In this document: positions 17,414 through 26,996 of the stretch, piece after piece | Numbering within the stretch: the stretch's first letter is position 1 | Layout: each line of letters begins with the position of its first letter | Notes under the pieces: generated by a model | Databases searched by the model: none | Told to the model about the DNA's origin: nothing | Seen by the model: only the letters and a program-made list of their open reading frames with translations | Assembly (NCBI GenBank): GCA_963674745.2 | Contig: CAXXDV010000001.1 | Coordinates: 352,001-416,000 of the forward strand | DNA length: 64,000 bases | Direction of reading: 5' to 3' | Origin: Desulfosudaceae bacterium | Lineage (GTDB): Bacteria > Desulfobacterota > Desulfobacteria > Desulfobacterales > Desulfosudaceae | Translations under genes and position numbers: made by a program

Positions 17414-19066
17414 TTAAAAATGCTGTGCCTGGGGAGAATCGGGAAAACGGGCAAAGCAGGCCCGGGCCTGATCAATCCGGCCCAGGTTGAGGTAAGTTGT
17501 TCCCAGGCAGAGGTTGAGCGGTTCGCTGTCTGGAAAGTGAGAAAGCCCCTGGCTCAAGATATCAAGGGATGCCCGGCTGTCTTGCTGCTGCTGATACAGC
17601 ATGCCCAGCCCCAGAAAAGCCCGGTGATCCGGGTACCATAGCAGTGCCTTGCGGTAAAGCTGTTCGGCCAGTTCCTGCTTTTTTTTAATTTGTGGATGGG
17701 CGGCATAATCGCCATGGGTAAAGGTCATGGCCAGCCGGGAATAAAAATCGGCGTGCCCGACGGCAAAATCGGGATCATCCATCAGGGTATGGGCCAGTGC
17801 GTATTCGGGCAGGCGTTCATAAAAAGCGTCCCGCAACCGTTGCCCAAATTCCATGACCGCTGACCGGGACAGGTCGGGATCGATCTCAAAATAAGGAATG
17901 TCTTCTGTCCGCTGCAGCCAGATGTCATCGGTCTGACCGCTGCGCTTCAAATAATCCTGGTAAAGAGCGGTACCCGGAAACAGGGTCAGCATGTAAAAAA
18001 CCGCGCTCAAGGGCTTGATCTCATCGATCAGGTCCAGCGAGGCCTGGATGGTGGCGTCGGTTTCTCCGGGTGAACCGTAAATAAAATAGGCCCGGGCCAT
18101 GATGCCATGGCGAACGGTTTGCGCAAAGGCCTGAAGGATACGTTTTTCGGAAATGCGCTTGTTCAATTTTTTACGGATTTCTCCGGAGCCGCTTTCCACC
18201 CCGTAGCTGATCTGGATGCAGCCGGCCCGGCGCATCCAGTAAAGAATTTCCGCATCCACCAGGTCGACCCGGGAAATGGCCGCCCAGGTGATGGGCAGGT
18301 TTTCCTTGATGATGGACCGGCAGACAGACAGGACAAGCGCCTTTTTCAAGGTAAAGGTATCATCGGAAACGAAAAAGAACCGGATGCCTTTTGCATACAG
18401 CCGTTGCAACTGGCGCACAAAATATCCCGCGGAATGAAACCGAACCCTGCGGCCCCAGAAGGCCGGTGAACCACAGAAGGTGCAGTTCTGCGGGCATCCC
18501 CGGCTGATGGCCACATGCTGGAAGGAAAAATACCGGGCCGGATCGGGCAGCTCGTCCAGGTCATCAATCAAATCCGGCGTACCGGTCTGGACAATCGCTT
18601 CGCCGTTCCGGTAGGCCAGGCCCTTGATGTTGGAAAGAGCCGGTTTTTGATCCGAGCCCAACGCCTCTATCAGATTCAAAAACGGATATTCACCCTCGCC
18701 GACAACGACATAATCGATCTGAGGGAAGTGGACCAGCAGGTGGTGCCACAAAAAGGTGGCGCCGACACCCCCGAAAACGGTAATAATGGTTGGATCGATT
18801 TTCTTGACCTGTTCGGCCATGTCGATACCGCCCCAGCGGTTGGCATGGACAATGGAAAACCCGACAATATCCGGTTTGATGTCATTCACAAATGAACAGA
18901 TATCGCCGGACGGGATACCCGGCTTGTACATATTCAGCAGCTGAACCCGGTGCCCGTGCTCGGATAACAAGGCGCCGATGGAGTAAAGCCCCATGGGAAC
19001 GGCGCTGACATCGGCCTCATCCGTCCGGTTGTCAAGAAAGCTGGGGTATACCAGAAGAATCTTCAT
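17414..19066 (-). CDS. B12-binding radical SAM protein with C-terminal TPRs
   Basis: MKILLVYP..PMGL, SRGCPQNCTFC, YGVESG, TPR-like tail. Confidence 0.85.
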   Translation of the reverse strand: MKILLVYPSFLDNRTDEADVSAVPMGLYSIGALLSEHGHRVQLLNMYKPGIPSGDICSFVNDIKPDIVGFSIVHANRWGGIDMAEQVKKIDPTIITVFGGVGATFLWHHLLVHFPQIDYVVVGEGEYPFLNLIEALGSDQKPALSNIKGLAYRNGEAIVQTGTPDLIDDLDELPDPARYFSFQHVAISRGCPQNCTFCGSPAFWGRRVRFHSAGYFVRQLQRLYAKGIRFFFVSDDTFTLKKALVLSVCRSIIKENLPITWAAISRVDLVDAEILYWMRRAGCIQISYGVESGSGEIRKKLNKRISEKRILQAFAQTVRHGIMARAYFIYGSPGETDATIQASLDLIDEIKPLSAVFYMLTLFPGTALYQDYLKRSGQTDDIWLQRTEDIPYFEIDPDLSRSAVMEFGQRLRDAFYERLPEYALAHTLMDDPDFAVGHADFYSRLAMTFTHGDYAAHPQIKKKQELAEQLYRKALLWYPDHRAFLGLGMLYQQQQDSRASLDILSQGLSHFPDSEPLNLCLGTTYLNLGRIDQARACFARFPDSPQAQHF

Positions 19067-19079
19067 GAAGCAGCCGATG

Positions 19080-20558
19080 TCAGGGTAAATATTTTCCCGG
19101 TCGAAAATACAGGGCCGGGTCACCCTTTTTCTTGGCCAGGGTCAGCGGCAGCTTAATGCCGTTTTCCTTTCCCTGGTCCTTCAAATAAACCGTTTCGGCA
19201 TGACTGCCCGCATACTTTCCCAGCTGGTAATCGGCCAGCGACTCGGGCACCGCGATCGTCAACCCGACCGTGACTTTGCAGCCATTTCCCCATCCCTGGA
19301 CCAGGTCAAACACGGGATCAAAATCAGAGGGAAGATTGGATTTTGAGTTCCACTCGATTTCTCTTAATTCCATGGCGGAGAGTTGCCCCAACGCCTCCAG
19401 AGAGAGGGAACGGTCTTCCGGATAAAGGACGGCGGTCACCCGTCCTTTATCGGCCATGACCCAGATATTGAAATCATAGTTGAAAACCCATTGACCGGTG
19501 ACGGTAACCCGTACCCCCTTTCCCTTCCAGGGGTTGTCGCTGACCTGCAGGTCCATGTTCTTATACATGATCTCACCGACCGTTTTGCCCCCCCTGTGCG
19601 GCGTAAGATCCAGGTAGGCGGTTTCAAACGGCAGCTTAATATCAACATTGCCTTCCCAGACTTCACCGGGCTCAATACGGATATCGGTATCGTCGAACCA
19701 GTACTCCGGCAACTGCCGGCCCTCCAGGTCCATGGCTTCAATACGATCCCGCTGATTCTGGGCAACGGAATCATGATGCACAGCTCCCGGAGGCGGGCCG
19801 GTCTCCGCCATCGGGCTGACATAAGTAGGGTCTTCCGCCATTTTAGCCATTTCAGCCGCGTATTGATTCTGTGAATACCCCGGCCCGGCCGACGGCCCGT
19901 TGTTTGTGGAAGAGGAATCGCTTCTGACAAGAAAGTATCCGACAAAAAAAACGACCACGAACCCCAGCAAGAGGGCGAACATTTTCCCGTTACCGCTCAA
20001 TATCCCGCCGGATGTGATGTGAGACTTGGCCGGAACGAAGGGTATGTCGGCGGCCGGATTCTTTCCGGCCGAAGGAGGTTCTTCTTCAGTCGCGGGTTCA
20101 ACGCTGGCATCATTCTTACCGTATTTGGCCACGATGATATGACACACCGGGCATTGGCCCATGCCGTCAAAGGCCGTAATCAGGGGGTCGTCCTGATTTT
20201 GTGCCTGATAACCGCAACCGGGGCAGGATGGCAGCTCAGAAGCCCCGTCGGTGTCAACAGGGCCGCGATCAACTGCCAATGCCATTGAAGACCTGGCCGG
20301 CGCCTGACCCTCCATCCATTCCAGGCGGCAATTCAGCCCGCAGTCTTTAATCATCTTTTGAAGCTGGAGGGCCTGCTGTTGACTCAAACCTTTTTGAATA
20401 ATCTTGGGCTTACCGCCAAGATAGGATTCTGCTTTCTCCCGGCTGACACCGAACCTGTCGACCAGGTCCGCCAGCGCCTGCTCACGGCTGACCCCTTCGG
20501 ACAGATCCGGGATCAGAACAACACGAAAACCTGATGTTGATTGTGTATTCATAATCAC
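19080..20558 (-). CDS. Hypothetical single-pass membrane protein with zinc-ribbon motif
   Basis: CPGC...CPVC followed by one hydrophobic helix (FALLLGFVVVFFVGYFLV). Confidence 0.7.
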   Translation of the reverse strand: MIMNTQSTSGFRVVLIPDLSEGVSREQALADLVDRFGVSREKAESYLGGKPKIIQKGLSQQQALQLQKMIKDCGLNCRLEWMEGQAPARSSMALAVDRGPVDTDGASELPSCPGCGYQAQNQDDPLITAFDGMGQCPVCHIIVAKYGKNDASVEPATEEEPPSAGKNPAADIPFVPAKSHITSGGILSGNGKMFALLLGFVVVFFVGYFLVRSDSSSTNNGPSAGPGYSQNQYAAEMAKMAEDPTYVSPMAETGPPPGAVHHDSVAQNQRDRIEAMDLEGRQLPEYWFDDTDIRIEPGEVWEGNVDIKLPFETAYLDLTPHRGGKTVGEIMYKNMDLQVSDNPWKGKGVRVTVTGQWVFNYDFNIWVMADKGRVTAVLYPEDRSLSLEALGQLSAMELREIEWNSKSNLPSDFDPVFDLVQGWGNGCKVTVGLTIAVPESLADYQLGKYAGSHAETVYLKDQGKENGIKLPLTLAKKKGDPALYFRPGKYLP

Positions 20559-20733
20559 CCCTGTTTTTTCATAACCATAACGGTATAATGTGTCAATAAA
20601 TTTAAAAATGCCCTTTAACCCGGATATTTGGCGGCCACTTCAGACGGCAAGGGGCCGGGCAGATTGCATCCCGTTGATTTTTGTCGTATCCTGACTAAAA
20701 TAAACCATTTTAAAACAGCAAAAGGACAACCAT

Positions 20734-21042
20734 ATGACAGCACAACCCAAAAAAAATGACTGGGTGTTTGTAGCAGTGGAGAATCCGGGCGGCCTGGAAC
20801 AGATCGTGGGCTACACGGATAAACCTTCGGGTGTTTCTTATATACCGGTTTTTACCAGCAAAGAGGACGCCCAGGCCTGCTTTATAAACCTGCCCCGGAA
20901 AGCCGGAAAAAAATACGAAATCCAGGCGATTTTATTTGAAGAGCTTGCCAAAGACGCCCTGGCCAACACATTTCTGCTGTTTCTGCTTGATGGTGAAGGT
21001 CATATCCAGGACAAAATCGATCCGGCCACGGTTGTTGGTTGA
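20734..21042 (+). CDS. Hypothetical protein
   Basis: SD AAGGA, 102-aa ORF, abuts the next gene. Confidence 0.75.
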   Translation: MTAQPKKNDWVFVAVENPGGLEQIVGYTDKPSGVSYIPVFTSKEDAQACFINLPRKAGKKYEIQAILFEELAKDALANTFLLFLLDGEGHIQDKIDPATVVG

Positions 21043-21046
21043 CCAA

Positions 21047-22330
21047 ATGGAAACAACGATGGTGTCACCCGGCAACCGACTTGAAGAACTGGCAAAAACC
21101 GCCAAAGCCACTTTTGACTTGACCGATCCGGACCATCAGACAAGCCTGCTGGACCTGGCCGACACATTGATGGCAGAGGCCATACCCATAGAGGATATCC
21201 AATCCGCGGCCGGTGAGAAAACAGCACCGCTGGAATTCAAAATAGCGGCCAAGCTGGTCCATTCTCGTACCTGGCTTTTGCGCCATAACCGGCCGCTTAA
21301 AATCGGCGTGGTATTTGCCATGTGGGGCGAGCAGAACCGCCTGCGGCCCAAAAGCCGTGACAACCCGCATGGCGAAGATTCTTTGGTGACGAAAATCCGC
21401 CAACTGGAGTGGCTCAGCAAAGGGACCGACCTTGACTGGCGCTTATACCCGGTTGATGACGGGTGCCCGTATGGGAGCGGCCGCATGGCCAGGAAAATTG
21501 CCGACGATTCTCCGGCAAACCATAACATAACAGTGATGTTTCTGGCAGATCATCTTCCTGCCGCCGAGGGCCCGCTTTCCGGCCTGGCGTCAGCAGACGA
21601 CTCGAAAAAGGCCGGCGCGATTATTCTCGGATGCAGTCAGGCCATATCCGATGGCGTGGAGGCGGTTATCTATACCGACGCGGACAATTCCGTGCACCTG
21701 GGACAAATCGGCCTGCTGCTGGAACCGTTTACAAAACAGAGCCTTAAAGTAGTACTCGGCAACCGTAAGCATCCGGACGCCGTTCTGGTTAAAGACGGCG
21801 CCCGCTGGGGCATCGGCATAAAAAACCTGCGCCACATGCAGCGCATGATCGGCCAGGCCATCTTCAGCCACAATATTCTTGATACCCAGGCTGCTTTTAA
21901 ATTGTATGAAAGCCGGTTGCTCCACGATATTATCGCCCACCCGACCGTGTATGATTTTTCTTTTGACACCGACTGGATATCGGCTTTTATCGCCAAAGAC
22001 GTGCCCTTTGCCCAGGTACCGTTCGCGTTTCTTGATTCCGCGGCCGAATCCGCCACAGCCAAACAGCAACCCATGACAACCTGGGAGACACTGTTGCTGG
22101 GGTTGTTGAAATCGTTGCGTCGGCATGACCTGCTAAAGACATCCGCCAGCCACAGGATGGCACAGGTTATTGATGAAGAAATCAATGATTATCGTGACCT
22201 GGAACTGATTATCGATCATTTGCCGCCCGAACTGGAAGATACGGTTGAAGCGGATTATGGCAACCCGGATGTGATGTCGCCGGAAGCCATGCAGGCATGG
22301 ATTCGAAGCCGCAAGGCAAAAGAGAGCTAA
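21047..22330 (+). CDS. Divergent GT-A/GT2 glycosyltransferase-like protein
   Basis: VDDGC, YTDAD (DxD), DTQAAFKLY, FSFDTD. Confidence 0.7.
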   Translation: METTMVSPGNRLEELAKTAKATFDLTDPDHQTSLLDLADTLMAEAIPIEDIQSAAGEKTAPLEFKIAAKLVHSRTWLLRHNRPLKIGVVFAMWGEQNRLRPKSRDNPHGEDSLVTKIRQLEWLSKGTDLDWRLYPVDDGCPYGSGRMARKIADDSPANHNITVMFLADHLPAAEGPLSGLASADDSKKAGAIILGCSQAISDGVEAVIYTDADNSVHLGQIGLLLEPFTKQSLKVVLGNRKHPDAVLVKDGARWGIGIKNLRHMQRMIGQAIFSHNILDTQAAFKLYESRLLHDIIAHPTVYDFSFDTDWISAFIAKDVPFAQVPFAFLDSAAESATAKQQPMTTWETLLLGLLKSLRRHDLLKTSASHRMAQVIDEEINDYRDLELIIDHLPPELEDTVEADYGNPDVMSPEAMQAWIRSRKAKES

Positions 22331-22356
22331 CCATTTATTTTTAAAACGTCAACGGC

Positions 22357-24879
22357 ATGGATGCCTTACGTCATTTCAATGCTTTTCAAATCAGGGAAGA
22401 TTACCGCCGGCCGGTCATTCCGCTGCTGATTGTTTTCACAGCCGGCTTGCTGTGCGGGGAACGGATTTTTCTGCCGGTTCTGCTTTCCGGTGGTATTATC
22501 GGCATCTGCCTGGCCGTCCTTTTCAAGCGAATTGTCCACCGGCAGACGGCCCTCTTTATTCCCCCGGCACTTTTCTTTTTTCTGGGTTGGCATGTCATGA
22601 CCGGGTTTTCTTTCCCGTCGTTCCCGGCCGGGCATGTCACCCGTTTTGCCGGCGAAACACGATGGACGATTACCGGTCGGATCATTGACGAGCCGGCTTC
22701 AGGTCCCGGCCGCCGCATCTTTTTTGTTAAACCACAATTTCTTGAACACGGCCGCCGGCTCATCCGGACCGCCGGGAACCTCCGTGTCACGATCTATGGC
22801 AACAACGGACCGGAGTTGGCCTGCGGTGCGATGATCCATTTTCAAAGCCGGATTATCCCGATTACCAACTTTGAAAACCCCGGCCGGTTTGATTATAAAC
22901 GTTACATGGCCTTTCAAAAGGTATTCGGACTGGCCTATACCGACGCCGACCGGGTCGAGGTGGTGTCCGCCAATGCCATCTCCGGCTTGCGGTCGATGGT
23001 GGCATCAGTACGAAAAGACATCGAAAAACAGATCGAAAAAAGCGGAAACGGCGTCCGGATCGGCATCTTAAAAGCCCTCATCATCGGGGACAAGCGTGAT
23101 CTGGACCCGGACGTGCGCGAGGCGTTTGCCAGGGCCGGGGTAAGCCACCTGCTGGCCATATCCGGCCTGCACATGGGCATCGTCGCCGGGTTGATATTTT
23201 TCGCGCTGGCCCGGATTTTTGCTTTTTTCCCGTTTCTGACCGGGCCGGGATGGGTAAAAAAAACGGCCGCCCTCTTTACCCTGCCGGGGGTTGTCTTCTA
23301 TGGTTTACTGGCCGGCATGTCGCCATCCACCCAGCGGGCGGTGATCATGACGACCGTATTTTTAATGGCCCTGGTGGCGGGCAGGCGGCATCAGCTGATA
23401 AACAGTCTGGCCCTGGCGGCACTTGTGATCCTGGCCGTCCACCCGCCTTCCCTGTTTGCTGTTTCCTTCCAACTCTCCTTTGCAGCGGTGTTTTTCATTG
23501 TCCTCGGCATGGACGCCGTGGAAGGTTTCCTCAACGGTCTAAAAAACAGGTGGCTCAAAAGGAGCGCGGCTTTCATACTGGTTTCGTTTTTCGCCATTGC
23601 CGGCACCTCGCCGTTGACCGCTCATTATTTCAACCAGGTGTCGTGGATCGGGCTGTTTACCAATTGTTTCATGATTCCCCTGGTCGGGTTTGCGGCCCTG
23701 CCCCTGGGGCTTGCCGGTGCGGCCATAAATGGTCTCTTTCCCGATTTATCCATGATGTTTTTCAAAGCCGGTGGCGGCATACTTTCCCTGGCCTTCAATA
23801 TTATTGAAAAAATCGCCGCCCTGCCCCATGTGTCCGTAAAAACCGTCACACCCGGATTAATTGAAACAGGCAGTTGTTACGCCCTTCTGCTGGCGGGTAT
23901 TATGGCGGTCAAACACAAACGTTTCTTTTTTCCCAAGGATCCCGAATCCCGGCCACCGACCATGCCGGTTGCCTTAAAGATCGCCTTGTCCCTGGCCGCC
24001 GTGGCCGTCATCATACTGATCGTTGACGCGGGTTACTGGGTCAACCGCCGCTTTCTTCATGATGACCTGCGGGTTACGGCCCTGGATGTCGGCCAGGGCA
24101 ATGCCGCCCTGGTGGAATTGCCCGGCGGCAAATGCATGCTGATCGACGGCGGCGGGTTTACCGGCAGTTCCACCTTTGATGTGGGGAAAATGATTGTGGC
24201 CCCTTTTTTGTGGCGCAACAAAATAGGCACGGTTGACACCGTTATCCTGACCCACCCGGACACGGACCACCTGGGGGGACTGGTCTATATTGCCGAACAT
24301 TTTCATGTCAAGGTCGTCTGGTCCACGGGTGAAACGGTTGAGACAGAACCTTTTCATCGATTCATGCGGGTGGTTCAAAAAAATCAAATAACAATGATTA
24401 AAAATACCCGGGCGGCGAAAGAGCGGGTGATCAATGGTGTCCGGATTGAAACGCTTTATCCACCCCGTGGTTTTCCGGACCGAAAAAAGGTCCAGCCCTG
24501 GCGGAATACCAACAACAACAGCCTGGTGACGCGTTTTGTCCTGGGTGACATCTCTTTTCTGTTTCCCGGTGACATCGAGGCAGAAGGTGAACGGGAACTG
24601 GCTGTTTTGTCTGAAGAAAACCTGGCCAGCACGGTTCTGATGGCGCCTCACCACGGCAGCCGGACCTCCAGCACGGCCTTTTTTCTTTCCATGATAAAAC
24701 CGGAAGTGGTGGTGGTCTCAACCGGCCGGCATAACCGGTTCGGGTGTCCCTGCCCGGATGTTCTGGATCGTTACGCGGCACTCGGCGCTGGTATTTTCCG
24801 TACTGACCTTGACGGAGCCGTGATCATGTCGACCAACGGCAAATCGTTACGGGTGACTACGCCCATGGCGGAAGAATGA
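22357..24879 (+). CDS. comEC: DNA internalization competence protein ComEC/Rec2
   Basis: NPGRFDY, HLLAISGLHMG, SFQLSF, LDVGQG, THPDTDH, HHGS. Confidence 0.95.
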   Translation: MDALRHFNAFQIREDYRRPVIPLLIVFTAGLLCGERIFLPVLLSGGIIGICLAVLFKRIVHRQTALFIPPALFFFLGWHVMTGFSFPSFPAGHVTRFAGETRWTITGRIIDEPASGPGRRIFFVKPQFLEHGRRLIRTAGNLRVTIYGNNGPELACGAMIHFQSRIIPITNFENPGRFDYKRYMAFQKVFGLAYTDADRVEVVSANAISGLRSMVASVRKDIEKQIEKSGNGVRIGILKALIIGDKRDLDPDVREAFARAGVSHLLAISGLHMGIVAGLIFFALARIFAFFPFLTGPGWVKKTAALFTLPGVVFYGLLAGMSPSTQRAVIMTTVFLMALVAGRRHQLINSLALAALVILAVHPPSLFAVSFQLSFAAVFFIVLGMDAVEGFLNGLKNRWLKRSAAFILVSFFAIAGTSPLTAHYFNQVSWIGLFTNCFMIPLVGFAALPLGLAGAAINGLFPDLSMMFFKAGGGILSLAFNIIEKIAALPHVSVKTVTPGLIETGSCYALLLAGIMAVKHKRFFFPKDPESRPPTMPVALKIALSLAAVAVIILIVDAGYWVNRRFLHDDLRVTALDVGQGNAALVELPGGKCMLIDGGGFTGSSTFDVGKMIVAPFLWRNKIGTVDTVILTHPDTDHLGGLVYIAEHFHVKVVWSTGETVETEPFHRFMRVVQKNQITMIKNTRAAKERVINGVRIETLYPPRGFPDRKKVQPWRNTNNNSLVTRFVLGDISFLFPGDIEAEGERELAVLSEENLASTVLMAPHHGSRTSSTAFFLSMIKPEVVVVSTGRHNRFGCPCPDVLDRYAALGAGIFRTDLDGAVIMSTNGKSLRVTTPMAEE

Positions 24880-24889
24880 ACAAGAGAAT

Positions 24890-24985
24890 GGGTTCGGGGT
24901 TCGGGGTTCGGGGTTTGGGGTGCGAGGTGGTTTTGGTGCCGTTCGCGAATGTTGTAGGGGCACGGCGTGCCGTGCCCTTTTTGTC
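24890..24985. repeat. Heptamer (GGGTTCG) array plus GTAG-type REP
   Basis: gggttcggggttcggggttcggggtttgggg then GTTCGCGAATGTTGTAGGGGCACGGCGTGCCGTGCCCTTTTTGTC. Confidence 0.8.
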
Positions 24986-25116
24986 AATTTTAGGAATGTA
25001 AAAATATATATGTGATCAGCCAGGCAATCATTGTGAAAGACGGCATAACTTGCTATAAAAATAAAATTGAACAAACGGTCCGTTCAGGTGAATGAACCTT
25101 TTGCCAGGAGATTGAT

Positions 25117-25968
25117 ATGACAATCGTATATGATCGACCTGTAAGCGAATTGATTCGCATCCGGCAATCCGCCAGAACACACACCGGTGAGGCCATCGCG
25201 CCGAACATGGCAAAGCGGTTGAATGATGCCTGCCAGCAACTCGACCTGGGCCTGGAAGGAGAAACGGCCCGATTCTCATTGATCGAAAAGCCCTTTGTTA
25301 AAGGCGCCAAAGTCCGCCTGGGCAACTATGGGCTGCAGAAAAACCCGCGGTATTTTTTTGTCGGCGCTGTTAGAAAATCGGACCTGGCCCGTCAGAGTTA
25401 CGGATACCTGATGGAACAGTTGGTGCTCAAAGCCACCGAACTGGGGCTGGGTACCTGCTGGATCGGATTTTTCGACCGCCGATTTTTTGCTGACGTTGCG
25501 GTGGCCGGCGACGAAATTTTTCCGGCCACCTGCACGGTCGGCCACACCGCCGACCGGCGGTTGTTTGAAAAAATCAGCCGGACGGCCATCCGGGCGGATC
25601 ATCGCAAAAGCCCTGAGAGGCTTTTTTTTGAAAACGGTTTTGGCACCCCGCTGATGTTAAGGGACGATGACCCTTACCGGGAAATTCTGGAAATGGTCCG
25701 GCTGGCGCCCTCTTCCGGCAACTCCCAGCCCTGGCGGATTGTTAAAGAAAAAGGCGCGTCGGTCTGGCACTTTTTCATGACAAAAGCAAAAAATATTTAT
25801 TTTAAGGCCGGCCTGCACCATATTGACCTTGGCATCGCCATGTGCCACTTTGAACTGGCTGCCGGAGAACACGGTTTATCCGGATTGTGGGTGCACTCAC
25901 CGCCCGACATGAAAAACATCCCGGATAACACATTTTACACCATGAGCTGGATAGAAAACGGTAACTGA
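25117..25968 (+). CDS. Nitroreductase family protein (two-domain type)
   Basis: RQSAR, LGLGTCWIG, RLAPSSGNSQPW, IDLGIAMCHF. Confidence 0.85.
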   Translation: MTIVYDRPVSELIRIRQSARTHTGEAIAPNMAKRLNDACQQLDLGLEGETARFSLIEKPFVKGAKVRLGNYGLQKNPRYFFVGAVRKSDLARQSYGYLMEQLVLKATELGLGTCWIGFFDRRFFADVAVAGDEIFPATCTVGHTADRRLFEKISRTAIRADHRKSPERLFFENGFGTPLMLRDDDPYREILEMVRLAPSSGNSQPWRIVKEKGASVWHFFMTKAKNIYFKAGLHHIDLGIAMCHFELAAGEHGLSGLWVHSPPDMKNIPDNTFYTMSWIENGN

Positions 25969-25994
25969 TCATTAGAAAGGAGAAGATAGCCAGG

Positions 25995-26996
25995 ATGCGA
26001 CAGAATTCACGACGCCTGTTAGGGGGACTGACGGTTACGGTTCTGATAATGCTGACCACGGGTGGTTGCTCTTTAATTACCACATATTTCGGCTTTCGGG
26101 ATATTCCGGTTGAAGACCTGCAAACGGAGTATGCCAACAGCGAATCAGAATTTATTCCTGTCAACGATATGATGGTACATGTCCGTGACGAGGGAAGCGG
26201 CCCGGTACTGGTCCTGCTTCACGGCATTCTGTCCTCTTTGCATACCTGGGACGGTTGGGTACCGACCCTGTCCCAGGACTACCGGGTCATTCGCCTGGAC
26301 CTGCCGGGCTTCGGGCTGACCGGGCTGCCGGGCAACGGTTCGGGTGATTTTTCTCTTGAACTGGTCACGGATACGGTTTTGAAAATACTGGCCGACCGTC
26401 ATGTTGAAAAGGCAACCTTTATCGGCAACTCCTTCGGCGGTGAGGTCAGCTGGCGCCTGGCGGTAGAGCACCCCGAACTGGTGGAACGGGTGGTTCTGAT
26501 TGACGCCAAATCATTTCCCCAGAAATGGCCTTTTGTGCTGAACCTGGTCAGACGCCCCCCCTTAAGAACCTTCTCATCATTCACCATCCCCCGCTACTCG
26601 GTTGCCATCGGTCTTTACCAGGTTTATGGCGACGACGGCCGCCTTTCCCAAGACACCATTACACGTTACCACCATATGATGCTGCGCCCGGGCAACCGGA
26701 AAGCCATGCTGGAAGTAATGGACTGGATAGAAGAAAATGAACGGCCCGATGGTGCCGAACCGGAAGCCGGCCTCTATAAAATCAGTCAGCCCCTGATGAC
26801 CATGTGGGGCAAAAAGGATGCCTGGATCCCTTATGAAAAAGTCGGCAAACAGTGGGAAGCAGCTTATCCCGACGCCACCCACGTCGTTTATAAAGACGCG
26901 GGGCATATTCCCATGGAAGAGATTCCGTCCCAGACATTGATGGATTTGCTGGCTTTTCTGGACGCCACGAACCAATCCCTGGGCTATACGGAATAA
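25995..26996 (+). CDS. Alpha/beta hydrolase, probable lipoprotein
   Basis: Lipobox-like TTGGC, LLHG, DLPGFG, GNSFGG, GHIPMEE. Confidence 0.85.
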   Translation: MRQNSRRLLGGLTVTVLIMLTTGGCSLITTYFGFRDIPVEDLQTEYANSESEFIPVNDMMVHVRDEGSGPVLVLLHGILSSLHTWDGWVPTLSQDYRVIRLDLPGFGLTGLPGNGSGDFSLELVTDTVLKILADRHVEKATFIGNSFGGEVSWRLAVEHPELVERVVLIDAKSFPQKWPFVLNLVRRPPLRTFSSFTIPRYSVAIGLYQVYGDDGRLSQDTITRYHHMMLRPGNRKAMLEVMDWIEENERPDGAEPEAGLYKISQPLMTMWGKKDAWIPYEKVGKQWEAAYPDATHVVYKDAGHIPMEEIPSQTLMDLLAFLDATNQSLGYTE

